Source: Pyrodictium abyssi (GTDB taxonomy: Archaea > Thermoproteota > Thermoprotei_A > Sulfolobales > Pyrodictiaceae). Taken from it: 32,000 nucleotides of DNA. A program made the translations under genes and the position numbers. How positions within the stretch are numbered: the stretch's first letter is position 1; each line of letters opens with the position of its first letter. The DNA lies in contig NZ_AP028907.1 in the NCBI RefSeq assembly GCF_036323395.1, positions 300,001 through 332,000 on the forward strand, given 5' to 3'. Positions 17,846 through 26,256 of the stretch are shown piece after piece. The notes under the pieces are model-generated. The model searched no databases, was not told the origin of the DNA, and saw nothing but the letters and a program-made list of their open reading frames with translations.

Positions 17846-18226
17846 CTAGGCTTTAACAGTCCTTACAGTCACTATAGTGTTGTCGGAGACACCGTACTCC
17901 GGTAGTTTAGACCCGTTAACCCATACCTCGTTCGGCGGAACATTCTCATCCTTTTCCACACGGTAACGGAACTTATGCCGATGCGCAACCACTACTTCTA
18001 TGTACTCTCCCTCGCCTATCTCCTTGAGGAGATCTGGACTAACCTTAGCTATGCCCTCCTTTATCTCGTCGTGGAAGCGTAGCCTTACCCTGCGCTCACG
18101 CTGCTTCTTCTCCCTGCCAAGCAGCTGGGACGCAGGAGGAATCATGGCTAGCGCGCTGCGAACGTCTATCTTCTTACGGGGGAGCTCTTCCTGCTGCTCT
18201 TGCTTCTTAGCCTCCTCGGCGCTCAT
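17846..18226 (-). CDS. Small protein with charged N-terminus and possible double-psi/AbrB-like beta domain
   Basis: 'RVRLRFHDEIKEGIAKVSPDLLKEIGEGEYIEVVVAHRHKFRYRVEKDENVPPNEVWVNGSKLPEYGVSDNTIVTVRTV'. Confidence 0.6.
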   Translation of the reverse strand: MSAEEAKKQEQQEELPRKKIDVRSALAMIPPASQLLGREKKQRERRVRLRFHDEIKEGIAKVSPDLLKEIGEGEYIEVVVAHRHKFRYRVEKDENVPPNEVWVNGSKLPEYGVSDNTIVTVRTVKA

Positions 18227-18368
18227 AGAGTCTTGTCCCTCCAGGTTAAGAAATAGCAGAGATGTAGCCAGGATTAATAGCTGCTGTTACTTATGTAACG
18301 CCTCCGCTAAGTCCCAAGCATCGTGTCATAGACTGTGGAATGATATGGTGCTATGAAAACCCCGCTCT

Positions 18369-20150
18369 TTACTCGACAAGTGTGCCGAGACTGCTGATGT
18401 CAGCGCCTTCAAGGAACCTTTTCAGCGCATCAACTACGCGGTCTACGGGGATACGTACCTGCCTCCATGTATCCCTGTCTCTCAGTGTTACAGTATTGTC
18501 TTCCAGTGTCTGGTAGTCCACAGTTATAGCTGCAGGGACACCTATCTCGTCTACGCGCGCGTATCTGCGGCCTATACTGCCGTCGTCATCGTAGATAGCG
18601 TACATACCGCTCCCTAGTATTCTCCACCATATAGATCTGGCGACTCTCACCAGCTTTTCGTCCCGGACTATCGGGAACACAGCAGCTTCTATGGGTGCTA
18701 TACGTCTAGGTATACGGAGCACCACGCGGCCATCCTTTTCGGAGAACGCGTAGTCGAGTGTGACGAAGAGCAGCCTCTCTACACCGAATGACGGCTCAGC
18801 CACGTGTGGGATGAAACGCTTACCACTAACCTTCTCGACCTTCTCCACTATCTTCACGTGCTCTGCTGGTATCTTCACGCCGGCTACCTCTATGAAGCCT
18901 TTCTCTTGTATCTCCTTCTCCACCTTGCTTGGGTCGAGGGATTGCGCCGCCTCTAGGATCTCTTTTGCGCGCTGACGGAAAGTCCTGCCAACCCAGGCGC
19001 GGTCAATCATAACAATCTTCTTCTTTACCACCTTGGGCTCCTTAAACTGCTTGAATACACGGAGGTCCTGGCCACTATACTTCATGTGCCTGCTCAGATC
19101 GTAGTCTGTCCTATAGGCGTGGCCTGAGACCTCTACCCAGCCTAGCCTACTGACCTTAACCAGCTGGTCGAAGGTCTGGGCGGCATAGTGTGCCCGCTCC
19201 TCCGGGGCCTTCTCTTCAAAGTACATGTTTTCGTATGGGACGCCAAGCTCTATTATGAAGTCGCGTGCAACAGCCATCCAGTAGGCAAGCCATGGCGTGA
19301 CTATGATGCCTTCTTCTATCGCCTCACGTACACCGTACTCCTCCGGCTTATCTACGCCCTTTGCCTTAGCGTCGGCACGCAGGATACGTAGCTTCCTGTG
19401 GTCCACCTTGTCTAGGAGTTCTTCAAGCACATCGCCGTGCCACGGATCCTCGGGGTCGAAGAAGAACTCCATCTCGGCTATAGTGAACTCTCTCAGCCGG
19501 ACCATACCCTGTCTAGGCGATATCTCGTTACGTGCAACACGGCCTATCTGGGCTATGCCTAGCGGCAGCTTCTGTCTAGCTACCTCGTAGACTCTCTTGA
19601 ACGCTACGAACATTCCCTGGGCCGTCTCGGGGCGTAGGTAGCCAACGTTCTCGCTATACGGGCCTATAGTGGTCTTGAAGAGTAGGTTGAAAGTCCTAAC
19701 CTCGCCTAGAGGGCCGCCGCACACCGGGCATGTTATGCTGTACTCGCGTAGTATCCTTGTCATCTCCTCTAGGCTGAGCCCCTCAGCCCGTATGCCCGTC
19801 TTCTCTTCGATCAGGTGGTCTGCTCTGAACTTCCTGTGACAACGCAGACACTCCACTATGGGGTCAGTGAAGTGCTCTAGGTGCCCGCTCGCCTCGAATA
19901 CCTTCGCGGGCGCTATGACGGGGGTTTCTATCTCCACAACGATGTGGCTATGACGGCGTATAAAGTAGTCGCGCCAGAGCGCTATTATCTTATCCTTTAG
20001 CCTGGCGCCGAGCGGGCCCAGGTCATAGAAGCCAGCGACACCGCCGTAGATCTCGTAGCTCGGCCAGAAGAAGCCCCTCCTCTTAGCCAGCTCCATTACC
20101 TTCTCGTAACGGTCCTCGCTAGCTACAGAACTTGAGCCCATGGCCCGCAT
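18369..20150 (-). CDS. glyS: Glycyl-tRNA synthetase
   Basis: 'RRGFFWPSYEIYGGVAGFYDLGPLGARLKDKI', 'YLRPETAQGMFVAFKRV', 'IGRVARNEISPRQGMVRLREFTIAEMEFFFDPE', 'HVAEPSFGVERLLF'. Confidence 0.97.
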   Translation of the reverse strand: MRAMGSSSVASEDRYEKVMELAKRRGFFWPSYEIYGGVAGFYDLGPLGARLKDKIIALWRDYFIRRHSHIVVEIETPVIAPAKVFEASGHLEHFTDPIVECLRCHRKFRADHLIEEKTGIRAEGLSLEEMTRILREYSITCPVCGGPLGEVRTFNLLFKTTIGPYSENVGYLRPETAQGMFVAFKRVYEVARQKLPLGIAQIGRVARNEISPRQGMVRLREFTIAEMEFFFDPEDPWHGDVLEELLDKVDHRKLRILRADAKAKGVDKPEEYGVREAIEEGIIVTPWLAYWMAVARDFIIELGVPYENMYFEEKAPEERAHYAAQTFDQLVKVSRLGWVEVSGHAYRTDYDLSRHMKYSGQDLRVFKQFKEPKVVKKKIVMIDRAWVGRTFRQRAKEILEAAQSLDPSKVEKEIQEKGFIEVAGVKIPAEHVKIVEKVEKVSGKRFIPHVAEPSFGVERLLFVTLDYAFSEKDGRVVLRIPRRIAPIEAAVFPIVRDEKLVRVARSIWWRILGSGMYAIYDDDGSIGRRYARVDEIGVPAAITVDYQTLEDNTVTLRDRDTWRQVRIPVDRVVDALKRFLEGADISSLGTLVE

Positions 20151-20176
20151 CCTTGAACCAGGGAGCCTCTGCAGGG

Positions 20177-20187
20177 AGTATTATACT
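20177..20187. promoter_or_regulatory. Palindromic TATA-like element AGTATTATACT between divergent glyS and agmatinase genes
   Basis: Perfect odd palindrome, about 27 nt from the glyS ATG and about 37 nt from the preferred agmatinase ATG. Confidence 0.45.
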
Positions 20188-20223
20188 GTCCCGGTCCTAG
20201 CACCTTCACCCGGGCGAAGGGCA

Positions 20224-21159
20224 ATGGGGCTTGCCGACCTATACACGTCGAGGACCCCGCTATACTTTGGCGGTGTTGAGGCGGAGCCCGATAGGGCTGA
20301 CATGCTGGTAGTAGGTGTCCCATACGACGCGACATCGAGCTACCGGCCAGGCTCCCGTTTCGCGCCCCGTGCTATACGGGAAGCAGCGGCCAACATAGAG
20401 CTCTACTCGCTCCGGGCAGGGATAGACCTAGAGGACTACCGGATAGCCGACCTAGGGGATATAGCACTCCCCGTAAACCCCCAAGAAGTAGTAAAGAGGA
20501 TAGAGACTGTTGTGGCCGAATTGCTCGAAAATAATCCTGGAAAGCTTCTCGCCCTACTAGGGGGAGAGCATAGCATAACTCTTGGAGCCTATAGAGCACT
20601 AGCGAGACACGATACGAACCCGTGCATACTAGTTGCAGACGCCCACTTCGACCTAAGAAGCGAGTACATGGAGGAGAAGTATAGCCACGCGAGCGTGATG
20701 AGAAGGATAACAGAGGTCTACGGCGGTGAACGAATATTCTACATAGGTGTGCGGGCGTTCGCCAAAGAAGAGCTGGAATACGCTAGGAGCAAACAGATAG
20801 AATACATAACCAGCCATACTGCTAGGCTCCTGGGCGTGAGAGAGATAGTAAACAGAGCCAGTAGATGGATGAAGAAAGCAGGCTGTCAAAGCCTCTACGT
20901 GAGCATAGACATGGACGCCTACGATCCAGCATATGCGCCGGGTGTAGCTAACCCGGAACCAGAAGGGCTCGAACCATGGATGCTGCTGGACACGGTATTC
21001 CGCATAGTGGCCGAGAGCAGTGTTAGCCTTAGAGTAGTAGATGTCGTAGAGGTGTCGCCCCCCTATGACTGCAGCGGGGTGACGTCCGTGCTAGCGGCGA
21101 AAACGCTGCTCGAGGTATTTGCAGCATACCTGATACAACGGGCCAAAGGAGCTAGATAA
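20224..21159 (+). CDS. speB: Agmatinase/arginase family ureohydrolase
   Basis: 'LGGEHSITLGAYRAL', 'LVADAHFDLRSEY', 'YVSIDMDAYDPAYAPGVANPEPEG'. ATG 20224 chosen because the ORF-track start at 20140 overlaps glyS. Confidence 0.9.
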   Translation: MGLADLYTSRTPLYFGGVEAEPDRADMLVVGVPYDATSSYRPGSRFAPRAIREAAANIELYSLRAGIDLEDYRIADLGDIALPVNPQEVVKRIETVVAELLENNPGKLLALLGGEHSITLGAYRALARHDTNPCILVADAHFDLRSEYMEEKYSHASVMRRITEVYGGERIFYIGVRAFAKEELEYARSKQIEYITSHTARLLGVREIVNRASRWMKKAGCQSLYVSIDMDAYDPAYAPGVANPEPEGLEPWMLLDTVFRIVAESSVSLRVVDVVEVSPPYDCSGVTSVLAAKTLLEVFAAYLIQRAKGAR

Positions 21160-21163
21160 CGCC

Positions 21164-21364
21164 TTATATGGCTTTGACGAGTTTGCGCCCCGGAGGCCTA
21201 ACCTTGTAGACTACACGATAGCCGCAATACGGGCACTTGATGCTTGGCATGTACTCCAGGTCGAGAGCGGTAAACTCCATGCCGCAGCGGCCGCACTTGT
21301 AACGTATCATGGCCTTATCTTCTATCACGCCAAACTCCTCGTCGCGAGGCTCGTAGAGCGCCAT
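21164..21364 (-). CDS. rpoP: DNA-directed RNA polymerase subunit P (Rpo12) / RPC10-like zinc ribbon
   Basis: 'MIRYKCGRCGMEFTALDLEYMPSIKCPYCGYRVVYKVRPPGRKLVKAI'. Start either 21364 or internal ATG at 21310. Confidence 0.92.
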   Translation of the reverse strand: MALYEPRDEEFGVIEDKAMIRYKCGRCGMEFTALDLEYMPSIKCPYCGYRVVYKVRPPGRKLVKAI

Positions 21365-21380
21365 AAGCTGCTCGCCCAGT

Positions 21381-21410
21381 GTACGTCCCCGTACGCGAAA
21401 TCCTTATAAG
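21381..21410 (-). promoter_or_regulatory. rpoP promoter with inverted repeat GTACG-TCCC-CGTAC next to TATA-like CTTATAAG
   Basis: Palindromic TATA-like CTTATAAG at 21403-21410; inverted repeat at 21381-21394 lies between it and the expected start site. Confidence 0.45.
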
Positions 21411-21498
21411 AATAGCTCCTAGCCTACGGCTAACGGAGACCCATACGCCTAGAAGAGAGTGAAATAGGGGAAAAAGCTAAAGGAAGGGATCGTAATCC

Positions 21499-21810
21499 AT
21501 GAGTGGGGATCTATCCTCCCTATGTGGCGGACTTCCACCGGAGCTCTGTGAGCAGCTGGCCAGGGAGCAACAAGTAATCAAGATTAAGCTCGAAAAGCGG
21601 CGCTATGGCCGTGAAGTAACCATTATAGAGGGTCTGGATGAACGCGACGTGGACTTGAAGAAGCTGGCGTCACAGCTCAAGTCAAGGCTAGCGACTGGAG
21701 GTACGTATAAGAACGGTAGGATAGAGCTGCAGGGAGACCATCGCCACCGTGTAAAGGAAATCTTGATAGAGATGGGGTTCCCGGAAGAGAATATCATCAT
21801 AGTAGAGTAG
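21499..21810 (+). CDS. Translation initiation factor aIF1 (SUI1 family)
   Basis: '[75 protein letters not shown]'. Confidence 0.96.
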   Translation: MSGDLSSLCGGLPPELCEQLAREQQVIKIKLEKRRYGREVTIIEGLDERDVDLKKLASQLKSRLATGGTYKNGRIELQGDHRHRVKEILIEMGFPEENIIIVE

Positions 21811-21999
21811 CTGAGTACTCCTCTCCCAATGTCTTACTGCCACATTTCTGAGTCAATTTGATTCTACATTATGATGTATTTGTTGGGCATGTGGCTTACC
21901 TCATATACAACTCATATTTTACACGTGGGGAACAGTGCTAGAGTACCGATAATCTGCTTAGATGCCCTGGAGAATTAAACCAGAGTTATCGTTATTTAC

Positions 22000-22015
22000 A
22001 TCGTCTTCTGACGAT
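22000..22015. other. Short perfect hairpin ATCGTC-TTCT-GACGAT in AT-rich convergent intergenic region
   Basis: 6-bp stem, 4-nt loop, between the 3' ends of aIF1 and the gene at 22079-22672. Confidence 0.3.
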
Positions 22016-22078
22016 ACTTTGTCTACTTAATTCTATTATAGACTATAGACTATTATGCCCTAGTAACTTTACTATAAA

Positions 22079-22672
22079 TTATCTCATATAGAGTGCTAAT
22101 GCTGATATTATAGCGGCTATGGGTTTCTCAAGCATGAGTAGCTCAAATAAGTCGGGCAGTATAGGGTTGTTTAGCAGTGCTATGTATGATGCTGTCTCGA
22201 GCCATGTGTTGGCTTGTTTGAATGTGAGGTTGCTATATAGTAGTCTTTTCGTCGTCTCGATGTATGACTCGTATAGTGTGTAGAGGTCGGTTGGGTCCGG
22301 GAAGTGTTTCGGCTCGTTTGCCGAGGTCATGTATACTAGGTGGAGACTTAGCCACAGTGATTGCAAGGCTTTGGCTGCTTCCATGTAGGTTCCGGGCAGT
22401 AGTATGTTGAAGCCGCCGGTCTCCTCGTCTGCCTCTGTCCACTCTGCTCCTATCTCCGACAGGTAGTGGTAGAGGTTCTTGCGCAGGTTTTCAAGTGTTG
22501 TAGAGTATCTTTCCCCAAGGTTTTCTCCAGCAAGCTTCTCTATGGGCCACGCTGTTATTGCCCATGCATTGTTGCCGCTATACATGCGTGCTAGGTGATG
22601 CATTACTGCTATTTTCAAATGCTTGAACTCTTTCTCGAGTGTTGTATCCTGTTTCGTGGCTGTCATATTCAT
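22079..22672 (-). CDS. Hypothetical helical protein, no family recognised
   Basis: 197-aa ORF with a minus-strand TATA-like box (CTATAAAACC) about 30 nt upstream of the start. Confidence 0.6.
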   Translation of the reverse strand: MNMTATKQDTTLEKEFKHLKIAVMHHLARMYSGNNAWAITAWPIEKLAGENLGERYSTTLENLRKNLYHYLSEIGAEWTEADEETGGFNILLPGTYMEAAKALQSLWLSLHLVYMTSANEPKHFPDPTDLYTLYESYIETTKRLLYSNLTFKQANTWLETASYIALLNNPILPDLFELLMLEKPIAAIISALALYMR

Positions 22673-22702
22673 TGTTCCTGTTGGCCTAGGACTGTGTGTG
22701 GT

Positions 22703-22712
22703 GGTTTTATAG
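22703..22712 (-). promoter_or_regulatory. TATA-like promoter for 22079-22672 gene
   Basis: Minus strand CTATAAAACC, about 31 nt upstream of the ATG at 22672. Confidence 0.5.
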
Positions 22713-22740
22713 CGTGGTGGTGACGGTGTCAGCCGGTAGT

Positions 22741-22752
22741 AAAAGATTTAAA
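22741..22752 (+). promoter_or_regulatory. BRE/TATA promoter for TFB gene
   Basis: AAAAGATTTAAA: A-rich BRE-like segment plus TTTAAA, about 115 nt upstream of the proposed TTG start. Confidence 0.55.
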
Positions 22753-22793
22753 CCGGGCCTGTGGAATAGGATGGATGGGGCTTTAAGGGTTTC

Positions 22794-22842
22794 GGGGGCA
22801 AGCTCTGGCGGGCTGTTTCGGCTTGTCCCCCGGGGGCCCGCC
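22794..22842 (+). other. Highly structured 5' leader of TFB gene (two interlocking helices)
   Basis: Helix A GGGGGCAAGC (22794-22803)/GCTTG-u-CCCCC (22821-22831); helix B GGCGGGC (22807-22813)/GCCCGCC (22836-22842). Confidence 0.5.
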
Positions 22843-22865
22843 CTACAGCTACTAGGTGGCAGGCC

Positions 22866-23801
22866 TTGGTAGCCGAGGAGTACTTCGAAAAGGCCTCGGG
22901 GGATAGGGAGGAGAAGTGTCCGCCGGAATATATAGTGTTTGATGAGGAGCGTGGCGAGTACATCTGTACACTCACGGGTGAAGTAGTAGAGGAAACCGTG
23001 ATAGACACTGGCCCCGAGTGGAGGGCCTACACGCCCGAGGAGAAGACGCGCAGAAGCCGTGTAGGCAGTCCTCTGACACACACGCTCCCAGACTACGGTA
23101 TATTGACCACTATATCCGGTTACCGTGACGCGACCGGTCGTAAGCTCGAGGCACGCCTACGTATAGAGGCTAGCCGTCTCCGCAGACTCCAAGCCAAGCT
23201 CCGCGCGACTACGAGCATAGAGAAGAACATAGAGCAGGCTGCGCGCGAGATAACACGCCTCGTTGAGGCGCTCAACCTGCCGCGCAGCATAATCGACACC
23301 GCCATGATGATTTACAGGCAGGCGGCGGAGAAGGGGCTTGTACGAGGCCGCAGCCTCGAGTCTATGGCAGCTGCGGCGGTCTACGCAGCGTGTAGGATAC
23401 GGGGCATACCGCGCGGCATAGACGACATATCGGAGATAGTCAAGGGCGGTCGTAAAGAGGTGGCTCGCTGCTATAGGCTCATAGTACGCGAGCTTAGACT
23501 CCGCATGCCCATAGTAGATCCGATACGCTACGTGTCTAGAATAGCTTCTGCCCTAAGACTAAGCCCGGCTGTCGAGCGGCGTGCATCAGAGATTCTCATG
23601 CAGGCACGTAGGATGGGCCTCACGGCTGGCAAGGACCCAGCGGGGCTAGCCGCTGCCGCCATATACATAGCTGCACTGGAGCTTGGCGAGAGACGCACCC
23701 AGAAGGAGATAGCGGCTGCAGCTGGCGTGACAGAGGTAACTGTACGCAACCGCTACAAGGAACTCGTACAGCGGCTCAACATACCCCTGCCAGCCCAGTA
23801 G
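22866..23801 (+). CDS. tfb: Transcription initiation factor B (TFIIB homologue)
   Basis: 'CPPEYIVFDEERGEYICTLTGEVVEETVIDTGPEWRAYTPEEKTRRSRVGSPL'; two cyclin folds; 'ERRTQKEIAAAAGVTEVTVRNRYKEL'. Confidence 0.97.
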   Translation: MVAEEYFEKASGDREEKCPPEYIVFDEERGEYICTLTGEVVEETVIDTGPEWRAYTPEEKTRRSRVGSPLTHTLPDYGILTTISGYRDATGRKLEARLRIEASRLRRLQAKLRATTSIEKNIEQAAREITRLVEALNLPRSIIDTAMMIYRQAAEKGLVRGRSLESMAAAAVYAACRIRGIPRGIDDISEIVKGGRKEVARCYRLIVRELRLRMPIVDPIRYVSRIASALRLSPAVERRASEILMQARRMGLTAGKDPAGLAAAAIYIAALELGERRTQKEIAAAAGVTEVTVRNRYKELVQRLNIPLPAQ

Positions 23802-23929
23802 AGGCTATTGAGGCCCCTCCCCCGAGGCGCGGCTCGACGGTTTTTCACGCGAAGGATTCCTCGCTCCTTCTCCCATGGTGTATCCCGGTAAGCCTTCTGG
23901 GAGGTAAACTGTTAACCTACGTACGCTGG

Positions 23930-25651
23930 TTGCCGTGCTACCGGGGACTAAGAGTGGCTGTACAAGAGGTAAACGATATCCGGAAGGCAAAGTTCCTCCG
24001 CGAGCCTGTTGTAGAGTCGCAGGGCGAGCTAAAGCACTGGATAGAAGCGCTAGCAGACTGGCTCGAAGAGCGCTTCAAGGCCCGAGGCAAGGACGTTTAC
24101 GTCGTCAACGGCGGGCTCTCGGTGTCGGGTCTCCAGCACGTGGGCAGGCTCCGCGGCGAAGTGGTGATCCCGGAGGTTGTCCGCCGCCTCCTGGAGTCGC
24201 GTGGACTTCGTGTACGCCAGTACCTGACCCTCTACACGCAGGACGCGTGGAAGGGCAAGGAGAGCCAGCGCAGCGCTTTCCCAGACCCCGAGGCGGCTAA
24301 GAAGTACACGGGCTGGCCGCTCATAAAGGTGCCAGACCCCAAGGGCGAGCTCTCCAGCTGGATAGACAGGTTCTGGGCGGACTTCGGCCCCTACATAGGC
24401 GAGTTCACCGACGGCCGCGTAGAAGTGGTGAACACAACCGACATGTACCGCGGCAAGCTCCTAGAATTCGTCAAGCTCTCAATACAGCGGCGCGAAGAGA
24501 TAAGAGAGATAGTAAACAAGTACCGTGGGCGTAAACCGTACCCGCCTGGCTGGATACCCTTCGAGCCCCGGTGCCAGAACTGCGGCAGGATAGACACGAC
24601 AGAAGCCATCGAGGTCAGCCTCGACGAGGAGAAGGTAAAGTACCGGTGCCGCAGCTGTGGCCACGAAGGCTGGGCCCCGCTGTGGGACGGGAAGCTCAAC
24701 TGGCGTATAGAGTGGGTCGGCGTATGGTGGGCCCTCGGCGTAGACTTTGAGCCCTACGGCAAGGACCACGCGACACCCGGCGGTAGCAGAGACAGCGCCA
24801 ACGAGCTAGCGCTAAAGGTGTACGGTATCACGCCCCCGGAGGGCCTGCCCTACGAGTGGGTATCCCTCAGGACACGCAGCGGAGAATCAGACATGAGCAG
24901 CAGCGACTTTACCGGATTCACGCCCCGCGAATGGCTAGAAGTAGCACATCCAGAGGTGCTACGCTTCCTAATACTCCGCACACCGCCGATGAGAAAGCTC
25001 AGCCTTGGACTCCACGAGATCCCGCTATACTATGACCAGTACTACCGCGCAGAACGCGTGTACTACGGCGTCGAGTCTACCGGTAGACGTGAGGAGGACA
25101 TACTCCTTGCCCGCAGCTACGAGCTAAGCTATACGCGCGGTAAGCCTCCAGCCAGGATGCCCGCCCAGCCGCCATACACGCACATGGCTATACTCGCTCA
25201 GGTCCTGCCGGAGGATCGATGGGGCGACGAGGCAATCCGTAGGCTGCAGCGTAGCGGCCACCTGCCGCAGGAGCCCAGCGAGTTCGACCTGGAGAGAGTG
25301 CGCAGCCTACTCCCGCGGGCAAGGAGGTGGGCTGAGCTCTATGCCCCCGAGTACATGAGGATCCGTGTGCTTGAGGAGCTGCCGGCAGAGATAGTAGAAC
25401 GAATACATGCCGGGATGCGCGAGAAGCTACGCGGTCTAGGAGAGAAGCTAGCAGGGCTCGAAGAGTGGAGTGAAGACGCGATAAAGCAGGCTATGATAGA
25501 GTATACTCGTGGATGGGGTAGCGGTGAACGAAAAGAATTCTACCGATACTTCTACCTGGTATTCGTAGGAAGAGAAAGTGGGCCAAGAGCTGCGCCACTG
25601 CTATCGTTGCTGGATAGAGAGTTCGTGGTCAAGCGGCTAACTAGCCTCTAG
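23930..25651 (+). CDS. lysS: Class I lysyl-tRNA synthetase
   Basis: 'NGGLSVSGLQHVGRLRGEVVIPEVV' (HIGH-like), 'WRIEWVGVWWALGVDFEPYGKDHATPGGSRDS', KMSKS-like 'SDMSSSDF'. True start may be GTG 23954. Confidence 0.93.
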   Translation: MPCYRGLRVAVQEVNDIRKAKFLREPVVESQGELKHWIEALADWLEERFKARGKDVYVVNGGLSVSGLQHVGRLRGEVVIPEVVRRLLESRGLRVRQYLTLYTQDAWKGKESQRSAFPDPEAAKKYTGWPLIKVPDPKGELSSWIDRFWADFGPYIGEFTDGRVEVVNTTDMYRGKLLEFVKLSIQRREEIREIVNKYRGRKPYPPGWIPFEPRCQNCGRIDTTEAIEVSLDEEKVKYRCRSCGHEGWAPLWDGKLNWRIEWVGVWWALGVDFEPYGKDHATPGGSRDSANELALKVYGITPPEGLPYEWVSLRTRSGESDMSSSDFTGFTPREWLEVAHPEVLRFLILRTPPMRKLSLGLHEIPLYYDQYYRAERVYYGVESTGRREEDILLARSYELSYTRGKPPARMPAQPPYTHMAILAQVLPEDRWGDEAIRRLQRSGHLPQEPSEFDLERVRSLLPRARRWAELYAPEYMRIRVLEELPAEIVERIHAGMREKLRGLGEKLAGLEEWSEDAIKQAMIEYTRGWGSGERKEFYRYFYLVFVGRESGPRAAPLLSLLDREFVVKRLTSL

Positions 25652-25750
25652 CGCCGTGAGGCAATCTAATATCTTTAACGGGCGCTAAAGATATTAAGAG
25701 TCGGCCAGCCTATCCTCTTTAATCAGGACTCCGAACTCCCTGGGAGGTGT

Positions 25751-26170
25751 ATGCTCTCCTTGCAGCCCATAACGCGTCCGGGGCTCAGCCCATGGTATAG
25801 AAGCGATGTTGACCAGGCGAGGCCCCTAGCACGAGCGAACGCAGCACGACTCAAGTGTATACTAAAGTGTGCCTTCTCGCTCAATGAAGAGGAAGCTCAC
25901 GTACTAGCATACCTCGTAAGCCGCGGCCGCGGCGCCATTGCGAAGGATATAGCGGAGGCTCTAGGCCGTAACCCAGAGGTAGTCCGCCGGGCGCTACGCA
26001 GCCTCCACTCGAAATCCCTAGTAGTCCGGAGACCATACCCGCTAAGGCGTGGCGGGAGAGCATACCTCTATGAGGTCCCCGATAACATAGTTGTCGCATT
26101 AACAGAGATCTGTAAGAAGGTTAGCGAAATCATAGAAATGATAAACGATAGGCGTAACAACGGAGGCTGA
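25751..26170 (+). CDS. MarR/TrmB-like winged-helix transcriptional regulator
   Basis: 'LNEEEAHVLAYLVSRGRGAIAKDIAEALGRNPEVVRRALRSLHSKSLVVRRPYPLRRGGRAYLYEV'. Start uncertain. Confidence 0.75.
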   Translation: MLSLQPITRPGLSPWYRSDVDQARPLARANAARLKCILKCAFSLNEEEAHVLAYLVSRGRGAIAKDIAEALGRNPEVVRRALRSLHSKSLVVRRPYPLRRGGRAYLYEVPDNIVVALTEICKKVSEIIEMINDRRNNGG

Positions 26171-26256
26171 GGCGACGTTACAGCGGGTTTTTACAAGTCG
26201 CAATCTTATGTATTAGTGAAGAGACAGAATAATGGGGGACACAAATCTCTCCCCTT

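Noticed and set aside
22707-23081. Minus-strand ORF over the TFB leader and N-terminus
   Set aside because: Overlaps the convincing TFB coding region and its promoter; composition explained by the shadow of TFB.
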